A DNA stretch of 54,960 bases, taken from contig JBBIUY010000018.1 of NCBI GenBank assembly GCA_037440005.1, forward strand, positions 1 to 54,960. Reading direction: 5' to 3'. The notes below the pieces were generated by a model. It saw only the letters and a list, made by a program, of their open reading frames with translations, was not told where the DNA came from and ran no database searches. Position 1 is the stretch's first letter; the number at the start of each line of letters is the position of its first letter. This DNA comes from Armatimonadota bacterium. Lineage in GTDB: Bacteria; Sysuimicrobiota; Sysuimicrobiia; Sysuimicrobiales; Kaftiobacteriaceae. The translations under genes were made by a program, and so were the position numbers. Below are positions 30,639-39,948 of this stretch, one piece after another.

Positions 30639-31133
30639 ATGGACGGGATCCGGCGCACCCAGAGGGGGTTCACCCTCATCGAGATCGCCATCGTGGTGGC
30701 GATCATCGGCATTCTGCTGTTGATCGCGCTGCCGCTGTTCACCGGCGCGCGCACCCGGGCGTACGTGGCCGAGGCGCGGAGCCTGGCGTCCGAGTGGAAG
30801 GCGCTGGCGTGGAGCTGCCTGGTGGAACGGAACTTCCGGGAGCCGCGCTGCGACACCCTCCCGGAGATCGGGTGGTCGCAACCTGCCAACAGCGACGCCT
30901 GGAACTGGTCAGCCTCGTTTGTGGCCTGCGGCGACACCGCCACCATCGACCCGGCGACGCTGGCACCGTGCGCGATCGCCCCGGACAACACCAGCGCCAA
31001 CAACTACCTGGCGCTGGTGGTGCCGCCCAACGCCGGTGTGGGCATCGCGAACAACTACGTGCTGGCCATCCGCACCAACACCGGCCGGGTGCAGGAGAGC
31101 CCCGCCGACGGAACGGTCATCCCGACCCCGTAA
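30639..31133 (+). CDS. pilA: Type IV pilin, probable major pilin
   Basis: QRG|FTLIEIAIVVAIIGIL class III signal; four Cys; has its own promoter. Confidence 0.85.
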   Translation: MDGIRRTQRGFTLIEIAIVVAIIGILLLIALPLFTGARTRAYVAEARSLASEWKALAWSCLVERNFREPRCDTLPEIGWSQPANSDAWNWSASFVACGDTATIDPATLAPCAIAPDNTSANNYLALVVPPNAGVGIANNYVLAIRTNTGRVQESPADGTVIPTP

Positions 31134-31158
31134 CGGGTGCGTCCGGGGTCCGGGCGGG

Positions 31159-31620
31159 GTGCAACAGCAGGCGGACCGGGCGCCGGCGATGGGGATGGGC
31201 GTGCTCGAGGTGCTGGTGGCCCTGGTGGTCGCCGCCGTCCTGGTGGTGGCGGGGCTGCCGCCCCTGCAGCGCTACCTGGCCCTGCGGGACCTGGAGCAGA
31301 CCGCCCGGGCGATGGGCGCCGACCTGCGGCTGACCCAGCAGTACGCCGTCACCCAGCACGAGGCGTTCCGGCTGGCCTACACCCCGCCCCGGTACGCCAT
31401 CGTCCGGGCCAGCGACGGCGCGGTGGTCAAAGAGGTGGACGTGCCGCCTGCGGTGGCGGTCACCAGCACCTTCCCCTCCGACACCGTGGAGTTCTCGCCC
31501 ACGGGAGCCCCGGCCGCTGCGGGGCGGTTCTGCCTGACCGACGGGGCCAACGCCCGGCGTGTGGAGGTCCTGCCGGCCACCGGGCGTGTCTTTGTCCAGG
31601 AGGTCCCGTCATGCCCGTAG
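31159..31620 (+). CDS. Minor pilin, FimT/GspH-like
   Basis: G|MGVLEVLVAL N-terminus; FSPTG...TGRV C-terminus. Start approximate. Confidence 0.75.
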   Translation: MQQQADRAPAMGMGVLEVLVALVVAAVLVVAGLPPLQRYLALRDLEQTARAMGADLRLTQQYAVTQHEAFRLAYTPPRYAIVRASDGAVVKEVDVPPAVAVTSTFPSDTVEFSPTGAPAAAGRFCLTDGANARRVEVLPATGRVFVQEVPSCP

Positions 31621-32006
31621 CAGGCCAGCGGGGAATGACGCTGGTGGAGGTGGTGGCCGCCGTGGCGGTGTTCGGCCTGGTGGCCGCCGTCCTCACCGGA
31701 TTCTACCTCATCGCGTCAACCCGGGGCCTGCTGGGCCGCGACGTCAGCGCGGCGGCCCTGCTGGCCCAGCAGCGGGTCGAGCAGGCGCACACCCGCGCGT
31801 ACGGCAGTCTGCCCTCCCTGGCCGGCACCGAGGTCCTGGACGCCCTGGGCGTCCCCGCCGCTGACGGCCCGTACACGCGGACGACGGTGGTGACCACGCC
31901 GGTGCTGGGCACGCCCCGGCTCACCCAGGTGGACGTGACGGTGGCTTGGATGGACCAGGGGATCCCCAGACAGGTCATCCTGTCCACCCTTGTGCGCCAG
32001 CCATGA
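31611..32006 (+). CDS. Minor pilin, PilV/GspI-like
   Basis: QRG|MTLVEV signal; VDVTVAW. Confidence 0.8.
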   Translation: MPVAGQRGMTLVEVVAAVAVFGLVAAVLTGFYLIASTRGLLGRDVSAAALLAQQRVEQAHTRAYGSLPSLAGTEVLDALGVPAADGPYTRTTVVTTPVLGTPRLTQVDVTVAWMDQGIPRQVILSTLVRQP

Positions 32007-33088
32007 GGGCCGCCCTGCGCAGCCAGCGGGGCCTGACCCTGCTGGAGACGGTGCTGGCCGTGGCGCTGCTGGCCCTGGTCCTGGCGGCGGTCTACGGGCT
32101 GGTGACGGCCGGGGCCCGGGGATGGGCGGGACTGGTGGGCCAGACCGACGTCCAGCAACACCCGCGGGTGGCGGTGGCGCGGATCCTGGCCGAGGTCCGC
32201 CAGTCCCGCGACTTCGTCGTCGGGGCGGGAGGCGGCAGCCTGGGGCTGGTGAAGGTCACCCGGCTCGCCGCGGACGCACCGCCGGGGGCGACGGGGGTCA
32301 CGGTGGAAGACGCCTCTTCTCTGGCTGCAGGCCGTCCCCTCACCCTGCTGCGGCTGGCCAGCGCGGAGACGGCGTCCGTCACCTCCGTGGCCGCAGCCAC
32401 CGTGACCCTGGCGGCTCCCCTGCGCCTGCCGCACCGCCGCGGAGAGCAGGTCCGGCGCGGCCAGACCACCCTGGCGGCCGTCGCCGCCGCAGGCACCAGC
32501 AGCCTCACGGTCGCCGATCCCGCGGCCGTGGGCGCAGGCGACGCGGTGGCGGTGGGCGCCGAAGGACCGTTCGTGGTGACTGCGGTCGCCGGGGCCACCG
32601 TCATCGTGACGCCCGCCCTGGGCCGCTCCCACGCCGCCGGCGAGCCCGTGCAGCCGCTGGCGGTGGTCTTCACCCTGTCCGGCACCCAGCTCCTGCGCAA
32701 CGGGGTGGTGCTGGCCGACTTCCTCCAGGCGCCTGCGGGGCGGCCGGTGTTCGGCGCTCCGGCCGCTGTCCTGACCGCGGGAGTTCCGGTAGGCGCCACC
32801 CGCCTGTGCGTGGACACGGTGGCCGGCTTTTCGGCCGGCGACCGGGTGCGCGTGGGGCAGGAGGTCTACGGGCTGCAGGCGGTGCTGCCCGACAGGCTGG
32901 ACGTGGTGAGCGTGGACGCGGCGGCAAGTTGCCTGGTGGTCAGCCCGGGCGTCGCGTTCGCCCGTCCGGCCGGGACGCCGGTGCGGGTGATGGCGGTGGA
33001 GGTCAGCCTGCTGGCCTCCCAGTACAACGACGCCCTCAACCAGACGCAGGCCGCAGCCGTGACCTCCCGCGCGGCGGTGAGAAACTAG
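32003..33088 (+). CDS. Minor pilin, PilW/GspJ-like, with three internal repeats
   Basis: QRG|LTLLET signal; ends in AAVRN. Confidence 0.8.
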   Translation: MRAALRSQRGLTLLETVLAVALLALVLAAVYGLVTAGARGWAGLVGQTDVQQHPRVAVARILAEVRQSRDFVVGAGGGSLGLVKVTRLAADAPPGATGVTVEDASSLAAGRPLTLLRLASAETASVTSVAAATVTLAAPLRLPHRRGEQVRRGQTTLAAVAAAGTSSLTVADPAAVGAGDAVAVGAEGPFVVTAVAGATVIVTPALGRSHAAGEPVQPLAVVFTLSGTQLLRNGVVLADFLQAPAGRPVFGAPAAVLTAGVPVGATRLCVDTVAGFSAGDRVRVGQEVYGLQAVLPDRLDVVSVDAAASCLVVSPGVAFARPAGTPVRVMAVEVSLLASQYNDALNQTQAAAVTSRAAVRN

Positions 33089-33090
33089 CG

Positions 33091-34650
33091 ATGGGTGCCG
33101 TCCTCCGCCACCGATCGCCGACCCGGCGGGACGAGCATGGAGCCGCCCTGGTCGCCGTGCTGGTCGTCGTCGTCCTGCTCACCGTGCTCGGCGCGGCCAT
33201 GGTGACCCTGGCCCTGACCGAGGTGACCATCGCCTACAACCAGGCCGACGCCGCCTCTGCCCAGGCGGTGGCCGATGCGGGGGTGGCGCGGGCCCTCTAC
33301 GAGCTGGGCGCGGACGCCTCCTGGACGGGGGGAACGGGGTCGGTGGGCGCCGGCCAGTACCAGGTGACCGCAACCAGCAGCGGGACGGTGGTCGTGATCG
33401 ACGCGGTGGGCACCCAGGGCGGGGGACGCCGCCGGGTGGCGGCCGCGGCCACATCCCTGCCGCCCTTTTTGGTCTACGCGGTCCTGGCCAACACCACCGC
33501 CACCCTGGGCGGTGCGAGCCCGGGGCTGGTGGTCCGCAACGCGCTGCCCTCATCTGATGCCGGCGCCGCCCACGCCAGCAACCGCCTGGGCGCCGCCACG
33601 GCCCTGACAGTCAACACGGCCGGGGCTGTCGTCGCGGGCGGCCTGACGGCTGTGGGGACGATCGCCGGGGTCAGCTGCGCCGCCTGGCCGTGGCGCTGCA
33701 GCGAGACGTTTGGGGCGCTGCCGTTTCCGCGCCTGGACGTGGACAGCGCCTCCGCGGCCAGCCTGGAAAGCCGGGCGCGGGCCGCGGTGGACCCGGTGGA
33801 CGGGCTGAACCTGTACTTCCGGGGCGGGGACCGCACCAGCCGGTGCCGCAGCGGCGGGGCGTGGAACTTCGGCGCCAACCAGACCCAGCGATGCTGGGAC
33901 AAGTACGTCAACGACCGCGCCGGCGTGCTGGGCGCGGGGATGGCGGGCGCGGTGTTCTACGTGGAGTTCAACCCCGGCGAGGCCACCAGCTACCGCCAGC
34001 CCATCGGCGGCCCTCCGGGGCGGCGCACGGTGGACTGCATCGGGTGGGAGACCGCGACCGAGACCCTGTGCCTGCGGGCCCGGGCGGCGCAGGCCCGGGG
34101 AGCCTGCGCGCCGCCGGCTTTGCCCTGCGGGAATGTCGAATACCCCTCCAGCGCCCTGCGCCAGGTGACCGGGACGATCGTGGTCTTCCGCCGGGGGGCG
34201 GGGACGGCGGTGGTGGGGGACGCGGCGCTGGAAAACCTCGCCCTGCGCGATGCGGACTACCTCCACGCCGCCTGGGGTCCGGACCCCGCGCTGCTGGCCG
34301 CCGGGCGGCTGCTGGTGGTGTCCTCAGGGACGGCCGCGGCCCCGCGCACGGTGACGGTCCGCGGCGTGGTCTACACCCTCGCCGGCCAGGACAACCCCGA
34401 CGCCGCCGGGCAGCTGCAGGGGTCTGCCGCCGCGGGTGTCACGATCCAGCACGGCGCCGACCGGGTCGCCTTCGCGATCCTGGGCGTGCTCATGTCCAAC
34501 GGGGCCGTCGCGGTCGCGGACACCGCCGCCAACGCCGGCACGGTGGCCGTAGAGTTCGACCCGGCGGCCCTGGACGCCCTGCCGGCGGCGTTCGCCTCCG
34601 CCACCTCCACCCGCGTCGTCATCCCGCTGTCGTGGTCCAGCGGCGATTGA
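33091..34650 (+). CDS. Large PilX/GspK-like pilin with Cys-rich C-terminal region
   Basis: EHG|AALVAVL lacks Glu5; ADAGVARAL; 519 aa. Confidence 0.78.
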   Translation: MGAVLRHRSPTRRDEHGAALVAVLVVVVLLTVLGAAMVTLALTEVTIAYNQADAASAQAVADAGVARALYELGADASWTGGTGSVGAGQYQVTATSSGTVVVIDAVGTQGGGRRRVAAAATSLPPFLVYAVLANTTATLGGASPGLVVRNALPSSDAGAAHASNRLGAATALTVNTAGAVVAGGLTAVGTIAGVSCAAWPWRCSETFGALPFPRLDVDSASAASLESRARAAVDPVDGLNLYFRGGDRTSRCRSGGAWNFGANQTQRCWDKYVNDRAGVLGAGMAGAVFYVEFNPGEATSYRQPIGGPPGRRTVDCIGWETATETLCLRARAAQARGACAPPALPCGNVEYPSSALRQVTGTIVVFRRGAGTAVVGDAALENLALRDADYLHAAWGPDPALLAAGRLLVVSSGTAAAPRTVTVRGVVYTLAGQDNPDAAGQLQGSAAAGVTIQHGADRVAFAILGVLMSNGAVAVADTAANAGTVAVEFDPAALDALPAAFASATSTRVVIPLSWSSGD

Positions 34651-34718
34651 CCGGCCTCTGAGCCGGGGGAACCGCGCCGGGGCGGCGCGAATAGAGGCCG
34701 GGGTGCGCGCACACGATC

Positions 34719-35789
34719 ATGCCGGCGCTATCGGATGTCCTGCAGATCGGCGCGGCAGCGGTGGGCGTGGACGTGGGCCGGGCCGCCATCAAGGTGGCCG
34801 AGGTCCGGCGGACCGCCCGGGGGGTGGAGCTGCGCCGCGCGGCGGTGGCGCCCACGCCTGCGGGAGCCGTCGCAGGCGGCATGGTCTTAGACCCTCCCGC
34901 CGTAGGCGCCGCCGTGGAAGCCCTGGTCCGCCGCGCCGGGATCCGCGCGCGCCGGGCCGTGGTGGCGGTGACCGGCCAGAACGTCCTGGCCCGGGTCCTG
35001 CGGCTGCCCCCCATTCCCGAAGAGGAGGTCCGGCAGGCGATCCGCTGGGAGGCCGAGCGCCACCTGCCCATCCCCGTGGACGAGGCCGTCATCGACGTCC
35101 AGCCGGTGGGCGAGGTGACCGAGGACGGCCGGCGCCAGCTGGAGGTGCTCCTGGCCGCCGCCCCCGAGTCGGTCGTGCTCGCCCACATCCAGGCGGTGGA
35201 GCGCGCCCGGATGACGGTGGAAGCGGTGGAGGTGGGGGCCCTGGCCATGGTGAGGGGGCTGGGCCACACCGACACCCGCGGCACCCGGGCCCTGGTGAAC
35301 CTGGGCGCCTCCACCACCGACGTGGCCGTGGTCCGCGACGGCGTGCCCCAGTTCACCCGCACCATCCTGGCGGGCACCGACGCGGTGACGGCGGCCGCCG
35401 CGCGCCTGGCGGGCGCCGACCCCGCCGCCGCGCAGCAGATCGTGGCGCGCTACGGCCTGGGGTGGGAGGACAGCCCGCCGGACCTGCCCCCGGGCGCGTA
35501 CGCCACCGAACTGACCGCGGCCCTGGAGGAGGTGGTCACCCAGCTGCGGCGCACCCTGGACTTCGTCCGCGCCCAGTTTCCCGGCGTGACCGTGTCCGAG
35601 ATCGTCCTCTGCGGCGGGGGAGCGCGCCTGAAGTACGTGGACCGCCACCTGACCGCCGAGCTGGACCTGCCGGTGGCGGTGGGATCGCCGCCGATCCGCT
35701 CGCGCGCCGGCGGTCGGGGACAGCCCGAGGACGCCGTCTCCCCCCAGCTGGCCGTGGCGGTGGGGCTGGCGCTGCGGACGGTGAGCTAG
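34719..35789 (+). CDS. pilM: Pilus assembly protein PilM
   Basis: VGVDVG..AIK, AIRWEAERHLP, VNLGASTT, LCGGGA, AVAVGLALR. Confidence 0.92.
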   Translation: MPALSDVLQIGAAAVGVDVGRAAIKVAEVRRTARGVELRRAAVAPTPAGAVAGGMVLDPPAVGAAVEALVRRAGIRARRAVVAVTGQNVLARVLRLPPIPEEEVRQAIRWEAERHLPIPVDEAVIDVQPVGEVTEDGRRQLEVLLAAAPESVVLAHIQAVERARMTVEAVEVGALAMVRGLGHTDTRGTRALVNLGASTTDVAVVRDGVPQFTRTILAGTDAVTAAAARLAGADPAAAQQIVARYGLGWEDSPPDLPPGAYATELTAALEEVVTQLRRTLDFVRAQFPGVTVSEIVLCGGGARLKYVDRHLTAELDLPVAVGSPPIRSRAGGRGQPEDAVSPQLAVAVGLALRTVS

Positions 35790-35790
35790 G

Positions 35791-36339
35791 GTGCGCATCG
35801 TCCTCAACCTCCTGCCCCCCTCGGTCCTGCAGCGGCGGCGGCGGGCCGCGCGCCGGCGGGTGGTGGTGGGCCTGCCGCTGGTTGCCCTCGCTGCGGCCGC
35901 CGGGGCGTGGGCCCTGATCCAGGTGTCGCTCCAGCAGGCCCGGGCGGCGGTGGAGGACATCGACCGGCGGCTGGCCCTCGTCCAGCCCATCGCCGTGGAG
36001 GTGGTGCGGCTGCAGGCGGAGATCACGGACCTGGAAGAGCGCCGGCGGGCCCTGGCCGCCGTGGCGGGAGCCCATCTTCCCCGCACCCCCGTGCTGGACG
36101 AGGTCAGCCGGGTGATCCCCCAGGACGTGTGGCTGCAGTCCCTGGTCGTGGACGGAGCGACCGTGGCGGCGACGGGCCAGTCCCTGGCGCTGCGGTCGGT
36201 GGCGCAGTTTGCCGCCTCCCTGGAGGCGTCTCCGGTGTTCTCCGGGGTGCGGGTCCACAGCCTGCAGCAGATACCGGCCGGTCCCCGTCCGGTGGTCCAG
36301 TTCCGCATCGACGCCCGCCTGGAGGGCCGCAGTCCGTGA
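35791..36339 (+). CDS. pilN: Pilus assembly protein PilN
   Basis: LNLLP motif, TM helix, IPQDVWL, LEASPVF. Confidence 0.88.
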   Translation: MRIVLNLLPPSVLQRRRRAARRRVVVGLPLVALAAAAGAWALIQVSLQQARAAVEDIDRRLALVQPIAVEVVRLQAEITDLEERRRALAAVAGAHLPRTPVLDEVSRVIPQDVWLQSLVVDGATVAATGQSLALRSVAQFAASLEASPVFSGVRVHSLQQIPAGPRPVVQFRIDARLEGRSP

Positions 36340-36884
36340 GCCCCCTGCGGCCGCAGGAGCGGGCGCTGCTGGGCGCGGGCGCGGCGGTGGTGGCCGGCGT
36401 GATCCTGGGCGGGCTGGTCTACCTGCCCGCGCTGCTGGACCTGGCTGCGGCGCGGCGCGAGATCGTCCGCAAGGACGTCGAGCTGCGCCGGGCGACCGCC
36501 CTGGCCCAGCAGCGGGCGGAGGTGGAACGCCGGTACGCCGCCGAGCGGCAGGCCGCCGACCAGCTGCTCGTCCGCATCCCGCGGGAGCCCGACCTGCCCG
36601 ACCTGATCCTGCGCCTGGACGACGTCCTGAACCGCAGCGGCGTCGAGCTGATGGAGATCACCTTTCCACCGGAGGCGACCTCCCCCGCGACCCCGGGCGA
36701 GGCCGCGCCGGTGAGCGGCCTTCCGGTGCAGGCGCGGGTGCGGGGGCGCTATGCCCAGGTGCGGGCCCTGGTGGCCGGCATCGAGCAGTCCCCCAGGCTG
36801 CTGGTCATCGACCGGCTGACGCTGTCGGGAAGCGACGCGGGCATCGTGGCGGAGCTTCAGATGCGGGCGCTGTACCGGCGGTAG
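36336..36884 (+). CDS. pilO: Pilus assembly protein PilO
   Basis: TM helix, coiled coil, IPREPDLPDL, GRYAQV...IEQSPRLLVI. Confidence 0.85.
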   Translation: MSPLRPQERALLGAGAAVVAGVILGGLVYLPALLDLAAARREIVRKDVELRRATALAQQRAEVERRYAAERQAADQLLVRIPREPDLPDLILRLDDVLNRSGVELMEITFPPEATSPATPGEAAPVSGLPVQARVRGRYAQVRALVAGIEQSPRLLVIDRLTLSGSDAGIVAELQMRALYRR

Positions 36885-36958
36885 ACGCCGCCGCCCGGGG
36901 GCAGAGAACACAGGGGACGGAGGGGCGGACGACGCGGAGGTCGACGGCGGGGGGTGGG

Positions 36959-38014
36959 GTGAGCCGGTGGCTGCGGGCGGGGCTGCTGGCGCTGGGGGTG
37001 GGGCTGCTGGCGTCCTTTGTGTCGTCGGTGGACCTGGCCGGAACGCGCACCGCGCTGCTGCGGGCCGACCCCGCCCGCGCCGCCGGGGCCGTGCTGCTCC
37101 TGGCGGCGAACGTCGGTCTGAAGGCGGTCCGCTGGCGCCTGATGGCCGCGCGGCTGGCCGGGCGGCGCCTGCCCCTGGCGTCGGCGGCGGCCGCGGTCCT
37201 GGCCGGCGTGGCCGCCGCCAGCGTCAGTCCCGCCCGCGGCCTCGACCTGGCCAAGCCGCTGCTGCTGCGCTCCAGCCACGGCGTCCCGGTGGCGTCCAGT
37301 ACGGCCGCGGTGGTGGTGGAGCGCCTGCTGGACGGCGCCGCCCTGGCGGTCCTGTTCGGCCTGTCCCTGGCGGCGGTGCCCCTGCCGGGCCGGCCCGAGC
37401 TCTACCCGGTGCTCGCCGCCATCGGGGTGCTGGTGGCCGCGTCGGCGGCCCTGCTGCTGGCTCCCCACCTGCTGCTGCGCCCCGCGCGGGCGCTCGCCCG
37501 ACGCCTGCCCGCCGGGCGCGGGGAGCAGGTGGGGGGCGCCCTCGACCGCTTCGCGGGAGGGCTGGTGGGCTGGCGGCGCAGCGGTCTGGTGGGCCCGCTG
37601 CTGGCGCTGTCGGTGGCGGCGGCGGCCCTGGAGGTCGCGCGATTGCACAGCGTCCTGGCTGCGGTCCACCGCCCCGCCGGGCTGGGCCAGGTGGCGCTGG
37701 CCTTCAGCGCCGCCAACCTGCTGGGGGCTCTCACTTTCATCCCGGGGGGCGTGGGGGTCACCGAGCTGTCCCTGGCCCACCTGCTGCAGCGGCTGAGCCC
37801 GGGTCCCGATGCGGCGACCGCGGTCCTGGTGGACCGGACGCTGTCGTACTACCTGGTGGTGGCCGCGGGAGGAGCGGTGCTGCTGGCGGCCGCGCGCCGC
37901 GCTCCCTCCGAGCCTCCCCCACAGCCCCCGCCCCCCGGGCGACGGCATCCGGCAGGTGAGGGCGCAGGAGGCTGCCGAATGCAGATCAGGACGTCTCGGA
38001 GCGTGACGCGGTGA
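36959..38014 (+). CDS. UPF0104 / LPG-synthase-TM (flippase-like) membrane protein
   Basis: KAVRW, VVERLLD, PGGVGVTE and DR motifs; multiple TM helices. Confidence 0.82.
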   Translation: MSRWLRAGLLALGVGLLASFVSSVDLAGTRTALLRADPARAAGAVLLLAANVGLKAVRWRLMAARLAGRRLPLASAAAAVLAGVAAASVSPARGLDLAKPLLLRSSHGVPVASSTAAVVVERLLDGAALAVLFGLSLAAVPLPGRPELYPVLAAIGVLVAASAALLLAPHLLLRPARALARRLPAGRGEQVGGALDRFAGGLVGWRRSGLVGPLLALSVAAAALEVARLHSVLAAVHRPAGLGQVALAFSAANLLGALTFIPGGVGVTELSLAHLLQRLSPGPDAATAVLVDRTLSYYLVVAAGGAVLLAAARRAPSEPPPQPPPPGRRHPAGEGAGGCRMQIRTSRSVTR

Positions 38015-39060
38015 TCACCGAGAGCCCCGAAGCCCGGCGCGAGCGGGAAGCCTGCCCGGTGTGCCGGTCTCCGCACCGGCGCATGATCGAGTGGATGCGC
38101 CAGGCTGTCCGCACACCCTACCGGGAGATCCTGGCCACCGTGGACCCGGGCGAGGGCATCTCCCTCCGGGCGCTGGTCCGTCACTTCACCCGCGGCCACA
38201 CCGAGTTCACCCCCTCCGACGAACTTCAGCTCCCGTCCTGGCTGCTGGAGGACGAGTCCGAACTGGACCGCTACACGCGCGAGGCGGGATTCTGCCGCAC
38301 CATCGAGGACCTGTGTCCCCACGTCCCGCCGGGGGTGATCGCCACCTGCGAGCAGGTCGGCCACCCCGAGTGCGCCCGCTTCCGGCTGTACAGCCTGCGG
38401 GAGCGGCTGCTGGATGCCGAGGGCCAGGTGGCCGTCCCGGAGCCCGAGCCCGCCTGGCCGGATGAAACGGTGTCCCTCACCGAGCCCCTGGCCGCCCGCC
38501 AGCCCGTGGAGGTCGAGAGTCTGACGGGAAGCCAGGGGGGCATCTTCGCCAGCACGGTGCTGGCCGTCGAGCCCGACCGCATCGCCATCGCCGTCCCCGC
38601 ACGGCTGCAGGAAACCCTGGCCCTCGCCCCCGGGGACCGCGTGGCCGTCTACTACCAGGGCCGGGTCTCCAAGTACGTCTTCGAGACCACCGTGCGGGCG
38701 GTGCGGGGGACGCAGGTGGACCTGGCATCGCCCGCGTCGGTGGGCATCGCGTCACGGCGCAGCCGCCGGGTGCGGCTGCACGACTCGGCGGTGCGCGTGA
38801 TCCGGGTGGAGCGCGGCGGGCAGGAGCTGGAGGGGACGGCTCTGGACGCCAGCCTGCAGGGGGTGCGGGTACTGACGGGGGCCGACCTCGCCCTGTGGGA
38901 GCGGGTGCGGGTGGTCGTGTCCCTCCCCGACGGCCCTCTGGCCGCCGACGGGGAAGTCGTCCGGGCGGAGCCGTCGGGGTCAGACCGGCGGGCGTACGGG
39001 ATCTACTTCATCGGCCTCAGCGCGGAGAACATCGCGCGCCTGCGGCGGCTGGGAGGCTGA
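38011..39060 (+). CDS. YcgR-N/PilZ protein with Cys/His-rich N-terminal extension
   Basis: RRSRR (RxxxR) and DASLQG (DxSxxG); N-terminal CPVC...RHFTRGH. Confidence 0.8.
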   Translation: MITESPEARREREACPVCRSPHRRMIEWMRQAVRTPYREILATVDPGEGISLRALVRHFTRGHTEFTPSDELQLPSWLLEDESELDRYTREAGFCRTIEDLCPHVPPGVIATCEQVGHPECARFRLYSLRERLLDAEGQVAVPEPEPAWPDETVSLTEPLAARQPVEVESLTGSQGGIFASTVLAVEPDRIAIAVPARLQETLALAPGDRVAVYYQGRVSKYVFETTVRAVRGTQVDLASPASVGIASRRSRRVRLHDSAVRVIRVERGGQELEGTALDASLQGVRVLTGADLALWERVRVVVSLPDGPLAADGEVVRAEPSGSDRRAYGIYFIGLSAENIARLRRLGG

Positions 39061-39073
39061 CCGGACGGGTCCC

Positions 39074-39556
39074 ATGCGGCTGCAACCCGTGGTGGCGGTT
39101 CTGGCGCTCATCGGCCTGTTCAGCGTCTCCGTCCTGGCCGGGTACCTGGCCGGGACGGCGTTCCTGACTCCGCCGGCGCCCGCGCCCGCGCCTCCGACCC
39201 GGACGGCCCCGACCGCTCCTCCGGCCGGTCCGCCCCCCGCCGCCCCGGAGGCGACCGGGCCGGCCACGGCCACTCCCCGGCCGTCCCCCGCCGCACCGCC
39301 GGCGCCTCCCGCGCCCGCCCCGACGTCTCCACCGTCGGGAGGACCCCTGTACCGGGTGCAGGTGGGAGCCTTCCTGTCGCGGGCCAACGCCGAGTCGCGG
39401 GCCGCCGCCTTGCGGGAGCTGGGATTTGAGGCGTACGTGACGGCGTCCGAGGGGCTGTACCGGGTGCAGGTGGGAGCGTTCACCCAAAAGGAGAACGCCG
39501 AGCGGCTGGCCGAGCAGCTGCGCGCGGCCGGCTACGAAGTCCTCATCACCCGCTGA
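39074..39556 (+). CDS. SPOR-domain protein
   Basis: TM helix, Pro-rich linker, two YRVQVGAF repeats. Confidence 0.9.
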   Translation: MRLQPVVAVLALIGLFSVSVLAGYLAGTAFLTPPAPAPAPPTRTAPTAPPAGPPPAAPEATGPATATPRPSPAAPPAPPAPAPTSPPSGGPLYRVQVGAFLSRANAESRAAALRELGFEAYVTASEGLYRVQVGAFTQKENAERLAEQLRAAGYEVLITR

Positions 39557-39619
39557 CCTGAGGGCGCGCGACGGCGACACATCGGAAGACGCGCGGGACC
39601 GTCGGGGAGGTGGTGTCCG

Positions 39620-39922
39620 GTGGTGAAGCTGATCGCCCTGTACGCCCGGCCCGCCGATCCGGCCGCCTTCGACCGGCACTACCGGCAGACCCACCTCCCG
39701 CTGGTCCAGGCGTGGCCGGGGCTGCGGCGGCTGGAGGTGGCCCGTGTGGTCGGGATGCCCGGAGGCGGAGAGCCGCCGTACTACCTGATCGCCGAGATGT
39801 CCTTTGACGACATGGACGCGCTGCGGTCCGCGTTGCGGTCTCCCCAGGGGCGCGCGGCGGCCGACGACGTCCAGCGCTTCGCCGCGGGGTTGGTGACCCT
39901 GCTGTACGCCCAGGTGGACTGA
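39620..39922 (+). CDS. EthD family protein
   Basis: KLIALY..P.D..AFD.HY...H.PL....PGL pattern. Confidence 0.85.
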   Translation: MVKLIALYARPADPAAFDRHYRQTHLPLVQAWPGLRRLEVARVVGMPGGGEPPYYLIAEMSFDDMDALRSALRSPQGRAAADDVQRFAAGLVTLLYAQVD

Positions 39923-39948
39923 CCGACGCCCCACCCGGAGGGACTCTC

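Noticed and set aside
39347..39485. Direct repeat CTGTACCGGGTGCAGGTGGGAGC
   Set aside because: Explained by the two YRVQVGAF halves of the SPOR domain.
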